Below are positions 9,623-18,097 of a stretch of DNA of 64,000 nt, piece after piece. A model generated the notes under the pieces. The model searched no databases. It was not told where the DNA came from and was given only the letters and a program-made list of their open reading frames with translations. Each line of letters opens with the position of its first letter. Position 1 is the first letter of the stretch. This DNA is from Anaerolineales bacterium (lineage in GTDB: Bacteria > Chloroflexota > Anaerolineae > Anaerolineales > UBA11858): NCBI GenBank assembly GCA_045888315.1, contig JBGCVQ010000051.1, positions 13,038 to 77,037 of the forward strand, in the 5' to 3' direction. Position numbers and translations under genes: made by a program.

Positions 9623-10609
9623 TTAAAGCGGCTTCATGATCCCTTGTTTGCGGATCATGATGAAGTGCAGCAGCATCGAACCTACCGTCACCAGCGGCAG
9701 GATCAGGATATGCAGGGCAAAGAACCTGCTCAAAGTCAAGCTGGTGATGCTCCATCCTCCCCGTAGGAAGACCAAAGCCAGTTCCCCGATCACGGGGATG
9801 CTGCCAGCGATCTCCGTACCCACGGTCGTTGCCCAGTAAGCCCTCTGATCCCAGGGCAGCAAGTAGCCGGTAAATCCGAAAGCCAGGGTCATCACCAGCA
9901 GCAAGCTGCCAGAGACCCAGTTGAGCTCGCGGGGCGCCTTGTAGGCTCCCATGATGAACACTCGCAGCATGTGAGCGCAAGCCATGACGATCATGCCGTT
10001 GGCGGACCAATGGTGGATCATTCTCACAGCAGATCCCAGCAGGACCTCATTCTCTATGAATTGGATGCTGGCATAGGCTTCCGCTGGCGTCGGCTTATAG
10101 TAAAAAGCCAGCATGATCCCTGTAGTCCCTTGGACCAGGAACAGGAAGAAGGTCAGCCCGCCCAGGCAGTACCACCAGCGGCGCTGCCACTCAGGGACGG
10201 GTTTGCTGAGGATCGGTTTGAAAAAATCAGAGACCTGGTAACGCTCATCTACCCAGGCCGCGATCCGTTTCGGGATCGGCACCCAGGCCTGGCGGTCCTT
10301 CCAAACAGCGGCGCTGCGGGCGATTCCAAATAGCAGGGCTACTCCGGCCGCTCCAAATGCGATCCAGCGCAGCAAGGGCACCCAGATGTTAACGAAGGAC
10401 CCATCGACATGGCATTGGAAGCAGGTGTCCTGTTCTGGCTCCGGGGTGTTGATCTGCAGTCCCTGGTTGGCAGCCTGGGCAGGGGATCCCTGCGGGGGAG
10501 AGGCACTGTAGGCATGGACTGCTGCCGCCGTAAACAAGACCAGAATGAGACTGGTCAGGAGAATAATGGCCGTTCGGTAGACAGTTTTCATAACATACCT
10601 CGACTGCAA
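9623..10609 (-). CDS. Cytochrome b6-like protein with an N-terminal signal-anchor plus single CxxCH heme-c motif extension
   Basis: Cytochrome b N-terminal domain (GIMLAFYYKP..RMIHHWSANGMIV..FTGYLLPWDQRAYWA..FFALHILILP). It is preceded by a TM helix, CFQCH (nt 10409-10423) and a further TM helix. Confidence 0.85.
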   Translation of the reverse strand: MQSRYVMKTVYRTAIILLTSLILVLFTAAAVHAYSASPPQGSPAQAANQGLQINTPEPEQDTCFQCHVDGSFVNIWVPLLRWIAFGAAGVALLFGIARSAAVWKDRQAWVPIPKRIAAWVDERYQVSDFFKPILSKPVPEWQRRWWYCLGGLTFFLFLVQGTTGIMLAFYYKPTPAEAYASIQFIENEVLLGSAVRMIHHWSANGMIVMACAHMLRVFIMGAYKAPRELNWVSGSLLLVMTLAFGFTGYLLPWDQRAYWATTVGTEIAGSIPVIGELALVFLRGGWSITSLTLSRFFALHILILPLVTVGSMLLHFIMIRKQGIMKPL

Positions 10610-10841
10610 AGGAATGGTCGACTGGAACCGCAGCTATTGACTTGTTGTACTGAGGTGAACTTGATGTTTGCCATTCAACAGGTACCCTCGAACGAGCGTT
10701 GTCAGGAAGTTGATCAGGGGATTCGCGGCTGTGTTTGCTTCCCGGATCAAATGGTTACATCAAATAGGTGTTTTCAATATAGCATAAACTGACCTGCTAC
10801 GCAGGTGTCATTCTTCACAGGTCAAAGGAGTTTTCCCCCGG

Positions 10842-11336
10842 TCACTCAGATACGCCCAGATCATCCAGGACCAGTTCCGCCACCTGCGGAATCGCCTCTG
10901 CCACCCGGGGTGTGGGTTCCTCCCCGAACTCCAGGATGTTCTCCACTTCAACCGCATAGATGGAGAATTCCTCCGGGACAGAATAGCCCAGCTGGCGGGC
11001 TGCATCCAGGGCAGTCACCAGGGATGTGTCGTGAGCGGAGGTGCTGTGCTGGGTTGGAGCGCCGGTTCTGAGATCCTCTAAGGTCAGCTGATGGATCTTA
11101 CCGGGGGTCGTGGCAGTGGGATCCAGGTAATAGGCATCGATCAGCACCACCCGCTGGTAATCGAGGGTCCTTTCCATCAAGCGCATCCCACCGGCGCTGG
11201 CTTCGGTGATGGTCAGCCAGGGGTTGTTATCCAAATTAACGCGCTTTTCAACCAGGCGGGCGACCAGAACTCCCACTCCGTCATCCGTGAGTATGGGATT
11301 TCCCAATCCGATCACGATCGTTCTTTTTCTTTCCAT
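10842..11336 (-). CDS. [NiFe]-hydrogenase maturation endopeptidase (HybD/HoxW/FrhD family)
   Basis: IVIGLGNPILTDDGVGVLVARLV N-terminus, 164 aa, immediately downstream of the hydrogenase large subunit. Confidence 0.85.
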   Translation of the reverse strand: MERKRTIVIGLGNPILTDDGVGVLVARLVEKRVNLDNNPWLTITEASAGGMRLMERTLDYQRVVLIDAYYLDPTATTPGKIHQLTLEDLRTGAPTQHSTSAHDTSLVTALDAARQLGYSVPEEFSIYAVEVENILEFGEEPTPRVAEAIPQVAELVLDDLGVSE

Positions 11337-11342
11337 AAGAGA

Positions 11343-11384
11343 AGTAACCAGCTCCCAGAGTGGTGCCGCTGGTCGCTGGTTACT
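11343..11384 (-). other. Stem-loop between mvhA and the maturation protease gene
   Basis: 10-bp inverted repeat AGTAACCAGC...GCTGGTTACT with an inner CCAG/CTGG pairing. On the mRNA it ends about 7 nt before the protease ATG, which lacks an obvious Shine-Dalgarno. Confidence 0.4.
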
Positions 11385-11415
11385 GTGTGGTTGTAATAGA
11401 CAGCCGCCTGCTTTC

Positions 11416-12903
11416 TCAGCCCAGGTACTGGCTGAGGGTCTGGACTAGGCGTCCGTCCTTATCTTTGATGACGATCTCTAGCGGCATCTGCCCTGGCAGT
11501 GAATGGGTTGCGCAGGACATGCAGGGATCGTAGTTTCTGAAGGCCATTTCCACCTGGTTGAGGAGCCCTTCGCTGACCTTGCCGCCCTTGATCAGACCCT
11601 GAGCAGCTTTCTTGATCGACATAGCGATCGGGGCGTTGTTGTTGGTTGTGCCCACGATCAGGTTGACGTCAGTCAGGATGCCATTTTCGTCGGTCTTATA
11701 GTGATGGGTCAGCGTCCCGCGGGGGGCTTCTACGCTGCCGACGCCTTCGGTAGGCGTGGATGTGACCACCGGCCGGACGTTGGGATCCGTGATCTCGGGA
11801 TCCTGGGCCAGCTCCAGCATCCGTTCTGCTGCGTAGAGCAGTTCAACCAGGCGGGCCCAATGGGTAGCCAGGCGATGGTGGACCGGTGCATAAAGGCCGT
11901 TGGTCTTCTTGGAGCCCAGAGTCTCATAGAATCGTTCATAGTGCTCCTGGGCTTTTGGCGTTGCCATTCCGTCCGCGGCATTGAGCCTGGAGAGAGGAGT
12001 GGCGCAGTAGACGCCGCTGTCAGGTCCATCAACAAAACCCTTCCAGCCCACATCCTTGAGGTAGGGGAATTTCAAGTAGGACCAGGGTTCGACCCGCTCG
12101 GCGATGTGCTTGGCATAATCCTTCGCGGGATATTTCACCAGCTCGCTGCCATCTGGACCGGTGACCCGGATCAGACCATCATAGAAATTGATGCGATTTT
12201 GATCATCGACCGTTCCCATGTAATAGGTCTGGTGGGTAAAGGCATCCGAGACGATCAGATCGACATAGGCTTGATTGGCCAGGACCACGTCATCAAAGAG
12301 CTTGAGGCTGAAAAGCGCGAAGTCAACGTTCTTCTTGGCATATTCCAGGACCAATTCGTGCTCTTCCTTGGTGAGGGACTTGCTCCACCCACCCGGTAAA
12401 CCGGCCACTGGATGGACTCCACGGCCGCCGAGCATCTTGATCACTTCGTGGTTCCTTTTACGGCATTCGATGACCTGGATGCCGATGTCCACACCTACTT
12501 TGTGGATCACACCCAGGATGTTCCTCTCCGCCGGATTCGCGTCCGGACCAAGCACGAAATCCGGTCCGCCGAGGGCGTAAAAGTGAACGGTATGGTCGGT
12601 GACGTAAAAGGAGGAGTAGAACAGCTCCCGGAGCTTCTTGACCACCGATGAAGGTTCCACACCGAACAGCGCGTCAAGGGCTTTGGTGGCAGCCATGTGG
12701 TGGGCTTCTGGACAAACGCCGCAGATGCGGTTGGTGATCCTTGGCATCTCTTCCGCCGGCCTGCCAACGGAGAACTGCTCAAAACCGCGCAGTTCCGGTA
12801 TTTGCAGATACGCGTTCTCTACATTGCCCTGGTCGTTCAGGAAGATCTCGATCTTCCCATGGCCTTCCAGCCGGGTAATGGGATCAATGGTTATCCGTTC
12901 CAT
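11416..12903 (-). CDS. mvhA: [NiFe]-hydrogenase large subunit, Mvh/group-3c-like
   Basis: RLEGHGKI and RICGVCPEAHH N-terminal Ni-Fe ligands. C-terminal DPCMSCATH followed by a ~28-aa cleavable tail. It sits with mvhG, mvhD and hdrABC. Confidence 0.85.
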   Translation of the reverse strand: MERITIDPITRLEGHGKIEIFLNDQGNVENAYLQIPELRGFEQFSVGRPAEEMPRITNRICGVCPEAHHMAATKALDALFGVEPSSVVKKLRELFYSSFYVTDHTVHFYALGGPDFVLGPDANPAERNILGVIHKVGVDIGIQVIECRKRNHEVIKMLGGRGVHPVAGLPGGWSKSLTKEEHELVLEYAKKNVDFALFSLKLFDDVVLANQAYVDLIVSDAFTHQTYYMGTVDDQNRINFYDGLIRVTGPDGSELVKYPAKDYAKHIAERVEPWSYLKFPYLKDVGWKGFVDGPDSGVYCATPLSRLNAADGMATPKAQEHYERFYETLGSKKTNGLYAPVHHRLATHWARLVELLYAAERMLELAQDPEITDPNVRPVVTSTPTEGVGSVEAPRGTLTHHYKTDENGILTDVNLIVGTTNNNAPIAMSIKKAAQGLIKGGKVSEGLLNQVEMAFRNYDPCMSCATHSLPGQMPLEIVIKDKDGRLVQTLSQYLG

Positions 12904-13922
12904 TAAGCAGCTCCTTTGCCATTCTTGACACGTCTAAGGATCGAGTGGGCCATACTGAAGCGGTAAAATGTGCCGCTTGGATCGGGGATGGTCGCTACAG
13001 CCTCCTGGATGAGGTCTTCCAGGACGTCTTCATCCATGGATTCGTCTCCCACATCCAGGACAGAGGCGATGGCAGAGAGCATCTTCGCTCCCTGGTCAAA
13101 GACACCTTCTGGCGGTCCATAACAGCCCCGACAGCCGATCCCAACCGAGGGGCACAGCGCACCGCAGCCTGAACGGGTGGCGATGCCCATGCAGACGATT
13201 CCCTGTTCAAGCAGGCATTGGTCTGGATCGGGCTGGATCTGGTATGGACGGTAGAAGCGCTCGATGGTCTTTTCCCGCTTCTCGCGGGTGCACTCATCGC
13301 ACAGCGCGGTGGTGCCGGCGCCGATGACCGCCCCAGCGGGCGGCAAGGGCTGACCTTGGGTAAGAGCGCCCACGACCACCTGGAGGACCGCCCAGATCTG
13401 AGGGGGTTCAGGGGGGCAGCCCGGCAGATAATAATCGACATCCACAACCTGATCGAGGGACTTGACCGTGTGATAGAACTCCGGCAGGGTCAATTCGCCT
13501 TCAGGGACCTCGCTGGAGGTTTGAGGCAGGATCTTGTCCGGGTTGTCTATCGAGGGGTTGTTGAAGTAAACCCTTTCCAGGGTGGCTTGCTTAGTGGTCA
13601 GGTTGGACAGGGCGGGTATGCAGCCCTCATAGGCGCAGGACCCAAACGCGACCAGGACCTTGGATTTCTTCCTCAGTAAATGAGCCATTTCCTCATTTTC
13701 TGAATTGCGGATCGCTCCGTTGAATAAGCAGACATCGATATATCCGTCAGGATAAGCTTCCAGGTCTTTGATCTTGAAATCCGCGATGCAGGGGAAGAAG
13801 GCAATATCAAAGACCTCGTCGACTTTAAGGATGTTCTCGTGGATATTGAGAACCGAGATCTCGCACCCGCCGCAGGATGAGGCCCAATACATGGCCAGTT
13901 TTGGTTTTCCGTTTTCTGTCAT
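12903..13922 (-). CDS. mvhG: [NiFe]-hydrogenase small subunit, Mvh-like
   Basis: N-terminal YWASSCGGCEISVLN proximal-cluster motif plus further Cys clusters (CxxC, CGALCPSVGIGCRGC). No Tat signal, so it is cytoplasmic. Confidence 0.85.
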   Translation of the reverse strand: MTENGKPKLAMYWASSCGGCEISVLNIHENILKVDEVFDIAFFPCIADFKIKDLEAYPDGYIDVCLFNGAIRNSENEEMAHLLRKKSKVLVAFGSCAYEGCIPALSNLTTKQATLERVYFNNPSIDNPDKILPQTSSEVPEGELTLPEFYHTVKSLDQVVDVDYYLPGCPPEPPQIWAVLQVVVGALTQGQPLPPAGAVIGAGTTALCDECTREKREKTIERFYRPYQIQPDPDQCLLEQGIVCMGIATRSGCGALCPSVGIGCRGCYGPPEGVFDQGAKMLSAIASVLDVGDESMDEDVLEDLIQEAVATIPDPSGTFYRFSMAHSILRRVKNGKGAA

Positions 13923-13923
13923 G

Positions 13924-14388
13924 TTATACCTCCTCAGCGACCGGGTGGACAGCGCCGTTGCCGCCTAAGACCTTCTGACTCCAGCGTAAGGGCCCCAGTG
14001 CCTTGATCTGTTCTGTCATGCGGTCGACAGCAGCTGCCAGCACGGTGCCTTCCGAGGCAGAAGCCCACAGCAGTTGGACCCTTTCCTGCTCGATTCCCCA
14101 CTGTTCCAGAGTCTTCCGCAGCAAGGTAAAGCGCCGCAGCGCCTTGATATTTCCGTTGACATAGTGGCATTCACCGGGATGGCAGCCGGCGATCAGGACC
14201 CCATCAGCGCCGCTTCTCAGCGCCTGGAGCACGAATTGGGGATCGACCCTACCGGAGCACATGACCCGGATGACCCGCAGGTTGGGGGCATATTTGATCC
14301 TCGCGGTCCCCGCCAGATCGGCTGCCCTGTAGGAGCACCAATTGCATAAGAAGCCTACGATCACAGGTTCGAATTGATCACTCATCAT
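13924..14388 (-). CDS. mvhD: MvhD-type hydrogenase/heterodisulfide reductase [2Fe-2S] subunit
   Basis: FLCNWCSYRAADLAG..VMCSGRVDP..IAGCHPGECHY. Preferred start is ATGATG at 14388 (GGAGGAGG Shine-Dalgarno, ATGA overlap with the hdrA stop). The ORF is open to 14427. Confidence 0.85.
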   Translation of the reverse strand: MMSDQFEPVIVGFLCNWCSYRAADLAGTARIKYAPNLRVIRVMCSGRVDPQFVLQALRSGADGVLIAGCHPGECHYVNGNIKALRRFTLLRKTLEQWGIEQERVQLLWASASEGTVLAAAVDRMTEQIKALGPLRWSQKVLGGNGAVHPVAEEV

Positions 14389-16415
14389 ACCTCCTCCATG
14401 GCGGGCACATCCGCTTCCACATCCCACAGGATGCCTTTCAATTCCGCCAGAACTTGTGTGTTAGTGAAGTGGGCGCCATCGATCACGCCGGATGGGCAGG
14501 CAGCAACGCAGGTTCCACAACCCTGGCACAGGGCTGTGACCACGTGAGAGACTTTCTTCTCTTCATCAAATTCGATCGCGTTGTAGGGGCAGAGATTGTT
14601 GCAGATCCTGCACCCGGAGCATTCATCTTCACGGATGCTGGCCCGCACCGGCTCCATCATCACTGTACCCTGGCTGATCAGCTTGGCTACCTGGGAGGCT
14701 GCGGCGCCACCCTGGGCTACCGTGTCTGGGATGTCCTTGGGACCCTGGCAGGCGCCAGCGATGAAAATGCCGTCGGTCATGGTTGAGACGGGTGCCAGTT
14801 TGGGATGGCGTTCGTTGAAAAAGCCGTCGTAGTCGCAGCCCATCTTGAACAGCTTGGAAACCTCTTCGGCGTCATGACGGGCCTGGATTCCCGAGCTGAG
14901 AATAACCATGTCCACGGCATTCCGCTGCTGGATGCCCAGCAAGGTATTCTCTGCCTGGACAATGAGTTTACCCTCTTCGCCGGGCTTGCGGTCGGCGTCA
15001 GTGATTTCGGCCACTTTGCCGCGGATGAAGTGAGTGCCTTCCTTCAACAGGCGGTGATAAAACTCCTCGTATCCTTTGCCAGGTGTGCGCATGTCAATGT
15101 AGTAGTTGTAGACCTCTGCCTCGGGTAGGTGCTCATGCACCAGATGGGCGAATTTCAGAGAATACATGCAGCAGACCTTGGAGCAGTATTCGTTGTAATT
15201 CTGATCCCGGGAGCCAACGCAGTGGACAATGGCGATGCTCTCCGGCTCGGTGACGCCGTCTCTGAGGACAATATGTCCGCCGGTTGGGCCGGAAGCGTTG
15301 ACCATTCTCTCAAACTGGAGGCTTGTGAAGACATTTGCCAGCCGTCCATACCCATACTGTGGAATACGGCGGGCATCGAACAGGTCGTAGCCAGTTGCCA
15401 GGATGATATTGCCTACATTGAAATTGATCAGCTGGTCTTCCTGCTCGTAATCGATCGCGCTGGTGGGGCAGACCTTTTCACAGACCTTGCACTTCCCGGT
15501 TTGAAAGTACGTGCAGTTCTCCTTGTCCAGCACAGGATAGCCAGGAACAGCCTGGGGGAATGCCCGGTAGATGGCTTTGCGGTAGCTGATCCCAGCACCG
15601 TAGTTGTCATCCAGGACTTTCTGGGGACATTTCTCCTCACAGATCCCGCAGGAGGTGCATAATTCTTCGTCCACGCAGCGGGCTTTTTTGCGCACTGTGA
15701 TATTGAAATTGCCGATATACCCATCCACGCTTTCCACCTCGCTGTAGGTCAGCAGGGTGATGTTATCGTTCTGTCCGACGTCCACCATCTTGGGTGTCAG
15801 GATGCAGGCCGAGCAGTCCAGGGTTGGGAATGTCTTATCGATCTGGGCCATGTGACCGCCAATGGTGCCTTCCCGTTCAACCAGGTAGACATGGTGCCCG
15901 GCCTCGGCCAGTTCCAGGGCCGCGGTGATGCCCGCGATGCCGCCGCCGACGATCATGGTGTTGGGGTTGATGTCCACCGGGATCTTTTCGAGCGGTACAT
16001 GATGGACGACCCTTTCAACAGCGGCGTTGACCAGGGCTTTGGCCTTGGTGGTCGCCGCCTCCTTGTTGTTGGTTGCCCAGGAATCATGTTCTCGGATATT
16101 GGCCATCTCGAACAGGAAGGGATTGAGCCCGCCCCGCTGAGTAGCTTCCCGGAAGGTTTTTTCATGCATGTGGGGAGAACAGGATGCCACCACTACCCTG
16201 GTGAGTCCTTTTTCCTTGATATCTTTCTCGATCAGTTCCTGTCCGGTGCTGGAGCACATGAACTCGTAATGGCGGGACACGACAACATTGGGATTGGATT
16301 CGATCCATTTGGAGACCTCGTCAACGTTGATCGTCCCTGCGATGTTGGATCCGCAGTGGCAGACATAGACGCCAACGCGCTCCTGTCCTGCGGGGGATTC
16401 TTTTATATCACTCAT
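14385..16415 (-). CDS. hdrA: HdrA-like FAD/Fe-S subunit (electron-bifurcating heterodisulfide reductase family)
   Basis: VCHCGSNI N-terminus, FAD fold IVGGGIAGITAALELA, VHCVGSRD, and several CxxCxxCxxxCP ferredoxin motifs. 676 aa. Confidence 0.9.
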   Translation of the reverse strand: MSDIKESPAGQERVGVYVCHCGSNIAGTINVDEVSKWIESNPNVVVSRHYEFMCSSTGQELIEKDIKEKGLTRVVVASCSPHMHEKTFREATQRGGLNPFLFEMANIREHDSWATNNKEAATTKAKALVNAAVERVVHHVPLEKIPVDINPNTMIVGGGIAGITAALELAEAGHHVYLVEREGTIGGHMAQIDKTFPTLDCSACILTPKMVDVGQNDNITLLTYSEVESVDGYIGNFNITVRKKARCVDEELCTSCGICEEKCPQKVLDDNYGAGISYRKAIYRAFPQAVPGYPVLDKENCTYFQTGKCKVCEKVCPTSAIDYEQEDQLINFNVGNIILATGYDLFDARRIPQYGYGRLANVFTSLQFERMVNASGPTGGHIVLRDGVTEPESIAIVHCVGSRDQNYNEYCSKVCCMYSLKFAHLVHEHLPEAEVYNYYIDMRTPGKGYEEFYHRLLKEGTHFIRGKVAEITDADRKPGEEGKLIVQAENTLLGIQQRNAVDMVILSSGIQARHDAEEVSKLFKMGCDYDGFFNERHPKLAPVSTMTDGIFIAGACQGPKDIPDTVAQGGAAASQVAKLISQGTVMMEPVRASIREDECSGCRICNNLCPYNAIEFDEEKKVSHVVTALCQGCGTCVAACPSGVIDGAHFTNTQVLAELKGILWDVEADVPAMEEV

Positions 16416-16418
16416 CGA

Positions 16419-17384
16419 TTATTCCTCCTCCGCCTGGGTTGGCATGGGCAGTTCGGTGTGTTGTTTGCCGCGTTCTCTGGTCCGGACTGGTTTGGGCGCT
16501 TCCTCTGTGATCTTGTCAAGAGCTGGTTGGGCGGAAACGATCTCCTTTCCGAAGCCAAGCTCATTTGCTGGAATTCCAAATGCCAATCCCATCAACTGTG
16601 TGAAATACACGACAGGAATCTTGTAGTTGGTGCCGAAATGGGCGTTGACCGCGTCCTGATAAGCATCCAGGTTGAGCTGACACATCGGGCACAGGGTGGC
16701 GATCATATCGGCTTCGTAGTCTGCCGCGTTCTTGAGCAGCCTCCGGATCAGTTCCAAGGCGGTATTCTCGCTGATCTGGGTCATGTGACCGCCGCAGCAT
16801 TGGGCTTTGAGCGGGAAATCGATCACCGTCGCTCCCAGATTCTTGATGATCTTGTCCAGGGAAGTCGGGTGTTCTGGATCGTCAAATCTCTCCATGTTGG
16901 CAGGTCTGGGAACCAGGCAGCCGTAGTAAGGCGCTACCCGCAGGTTATAAAGCGGTTTGACGACCTTTTCCTTGATAGCCTCATAGCCAATATCGACCGC
17001 GATGGTCTCCAGCAGGTGCTGGACATTGATGGTTCCTGGCTGGTAGCTCAGTCCTCCAGCCTCCAGCGCTTGGTCCACTTTCTCCTTTAACTGTTTGTTC
17101 TCAGCAAGATAGTGGTCTACTTTTTTAAGATTCAAATAGCAGGCACTGCAGGGAGCCACCAGGTTGGTGCTGCCGTTCTGTTTAGCCGCCAGAGCTAGGT
17201 TCCTGGAGACCAGGGCATAGGCAGGGATCTTCTCGATGGCAATCATTTCGGTAGCCCCGCAGCAGTTCCAATCATCGACTTCCACGAATTCAATCCCCAG
17301 CGGTTTCGCTACAGCCATAGTTGAGACGTGGTAGGCGCGGGCATTCTTTTCCAGGGAGCATCCCGGATAATATCCGTATTTCAT
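16419..17384 (-). CDS. hdrB: HdrB-like subunit (two CCG domains)
   Basis: YYPGCSL..NCCG and YYGCLV..QCCGG motifs. Confidence 0.85.
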   Translation of the reverse strand: MKYGYYPGCSLEKNARAYHVSTMAVAKPLGIEFVEVDDWNCCGATEMIAIEKIPAYALVSRNLALAAKQNGSTNLVAPCSACYLNLKKVDHYLAENKQLKEKVDQALEAGGLSYQPGTINVQHLLETIAVDIGYEAIKEKVVKPLYNLRVAPYYGCLVPRPANMERFDDPEHPTSLDKIIKNLGATVIDFPLKAQCCGGHMTQISENTALELIRRLLKNAADYEADMIATLCPMCQLNLDAYQDAVNAHFGTNYKIPVVYFTQLMGLAFGIPANELGFGKEIVSAQPALDKITEEAPKPVRTRERGKQHTELPMPTQAEEE

Positions 17385-17965
17385 TCTTCACCTCCCAGCT
17401 CTTTGGCTTTCTTGAGGATCGATTTTAGCTGATCGATATTCTTGATTCTAGTGGGGGTGATATCCATTCGGCCCCTGGAGAGCATCTTCATTCCCATACC
17501 GGTGGCCATCTTCACTGCTCCCAGCGGATGGTGCCGCAAATGGTAGCGCATGGCGATACCTAGTTCAAAACTGCGACCGGAGTTCTCTACGAAATCACAG
17601 AACGTCTCAGAGAATTCAGCAGCGTTCTCCTGGCTGGGTTCGCGGTAATAGCCGGCAGCTATGGCGCGGCGCTTCAAAGTGTACATGATATCCGTGATGG
17701 GGATTTCCTGGGGGCAGCGCACCATGCAGTGATAACAGGACACACAGAACCATGGTGTATTGCTTTTCAATACCTGTTCGTCCATGCCAGCTTCCAGCAT
17801 GGCGAAAATTGCCCTCGGACTGTAATCCATGTCCGGCCCGGAAGGACAGGATCCCGCGCACGTACCGCACTGCAGGCAGGCTTTTAGGTTCATGGCCTTT
17901 CCTGGGGTGTCCGCGATGACCTGGTCCAGCAAGGTGGAGGGGCGAGATGTCAAAGTATGGGTCAT
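17381..17965 (-). CDS. hdrC: HdrC-like 2x[4Fe-4S] subunit
   Basis: CLQCGTCAGSCP and CVSCYHCMVRCP. The ATG at 17965 has a GAGGAGG Shine-Dalgarno 5 nt upstream. The ORF is open to 17998, but that extension would contain the Shine-Dalgarno. Confidence 0.85.
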   Translation of the reverse strand: MTHTLTSRPSTLLDQVIADTPGKAMNLKACLQCGTCAGSCPSGPDMDYSPRAIFAMLEAGMDEQVLKSNTPWFCVSCYHCMVRCPQEIPITDIMYTLKRRAIAAGYYREPSQENAAEFSETFCDFVENSGRSFELGIAMRYHLRHHPLGAVKMATGMGMKMLSRGRMDITPTRIKNIDQLKSILKKAKELGGEE

Positions 17966-18077
17966 ACCAGCCTCCTCAATACGTGATTGTGAATTCAACG
18001 ATCTGTATTCAATTAATCAATCAATAAAGGGAAACCGGTAAGAACGTACTAAGTATAGTTAAATGACCAGTTAAACA

Positions 18078-18097
18078 ATAGTGATTAATATCACAAT
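18078..18097. promoter_or_regulatory. Candidate Rex operator (ATAGTGATTAATATCACAAT)
   Basis: Near-perfect inverted repeat (GTGAT-TAAT-ATCAC core) resembling the Rex box TTGTGAA-N4-6-TTCACAA. It lies 113-132 nt upstream of the hdrC ATG (17965), inside a ~280-bp AT-rich divergent region. A rex gene is at 40020-40637. Confidence 0.4.

Noticed and set aside
14361-14372. GGTTCGAAT motif reminiscent of a tRNA T-arm.
   Set aside because: It lies inside the mvhD coding sequence, with no acceptor or anticodon arm structure around it. No intergenic region in the window shows a tRNA-like cloverleaf.
11416-16415. Searched HdrA, MvhD and the hydrogenase large subunit for in-frame TGA (Sec) codons, because a Sec-type HesB gene is present.
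   Set aside because: All three are uninterrupted ORFs with Cys at the positions that are Sec in selenoprotein versions (VHCVGSRD, DPCMSCATH).
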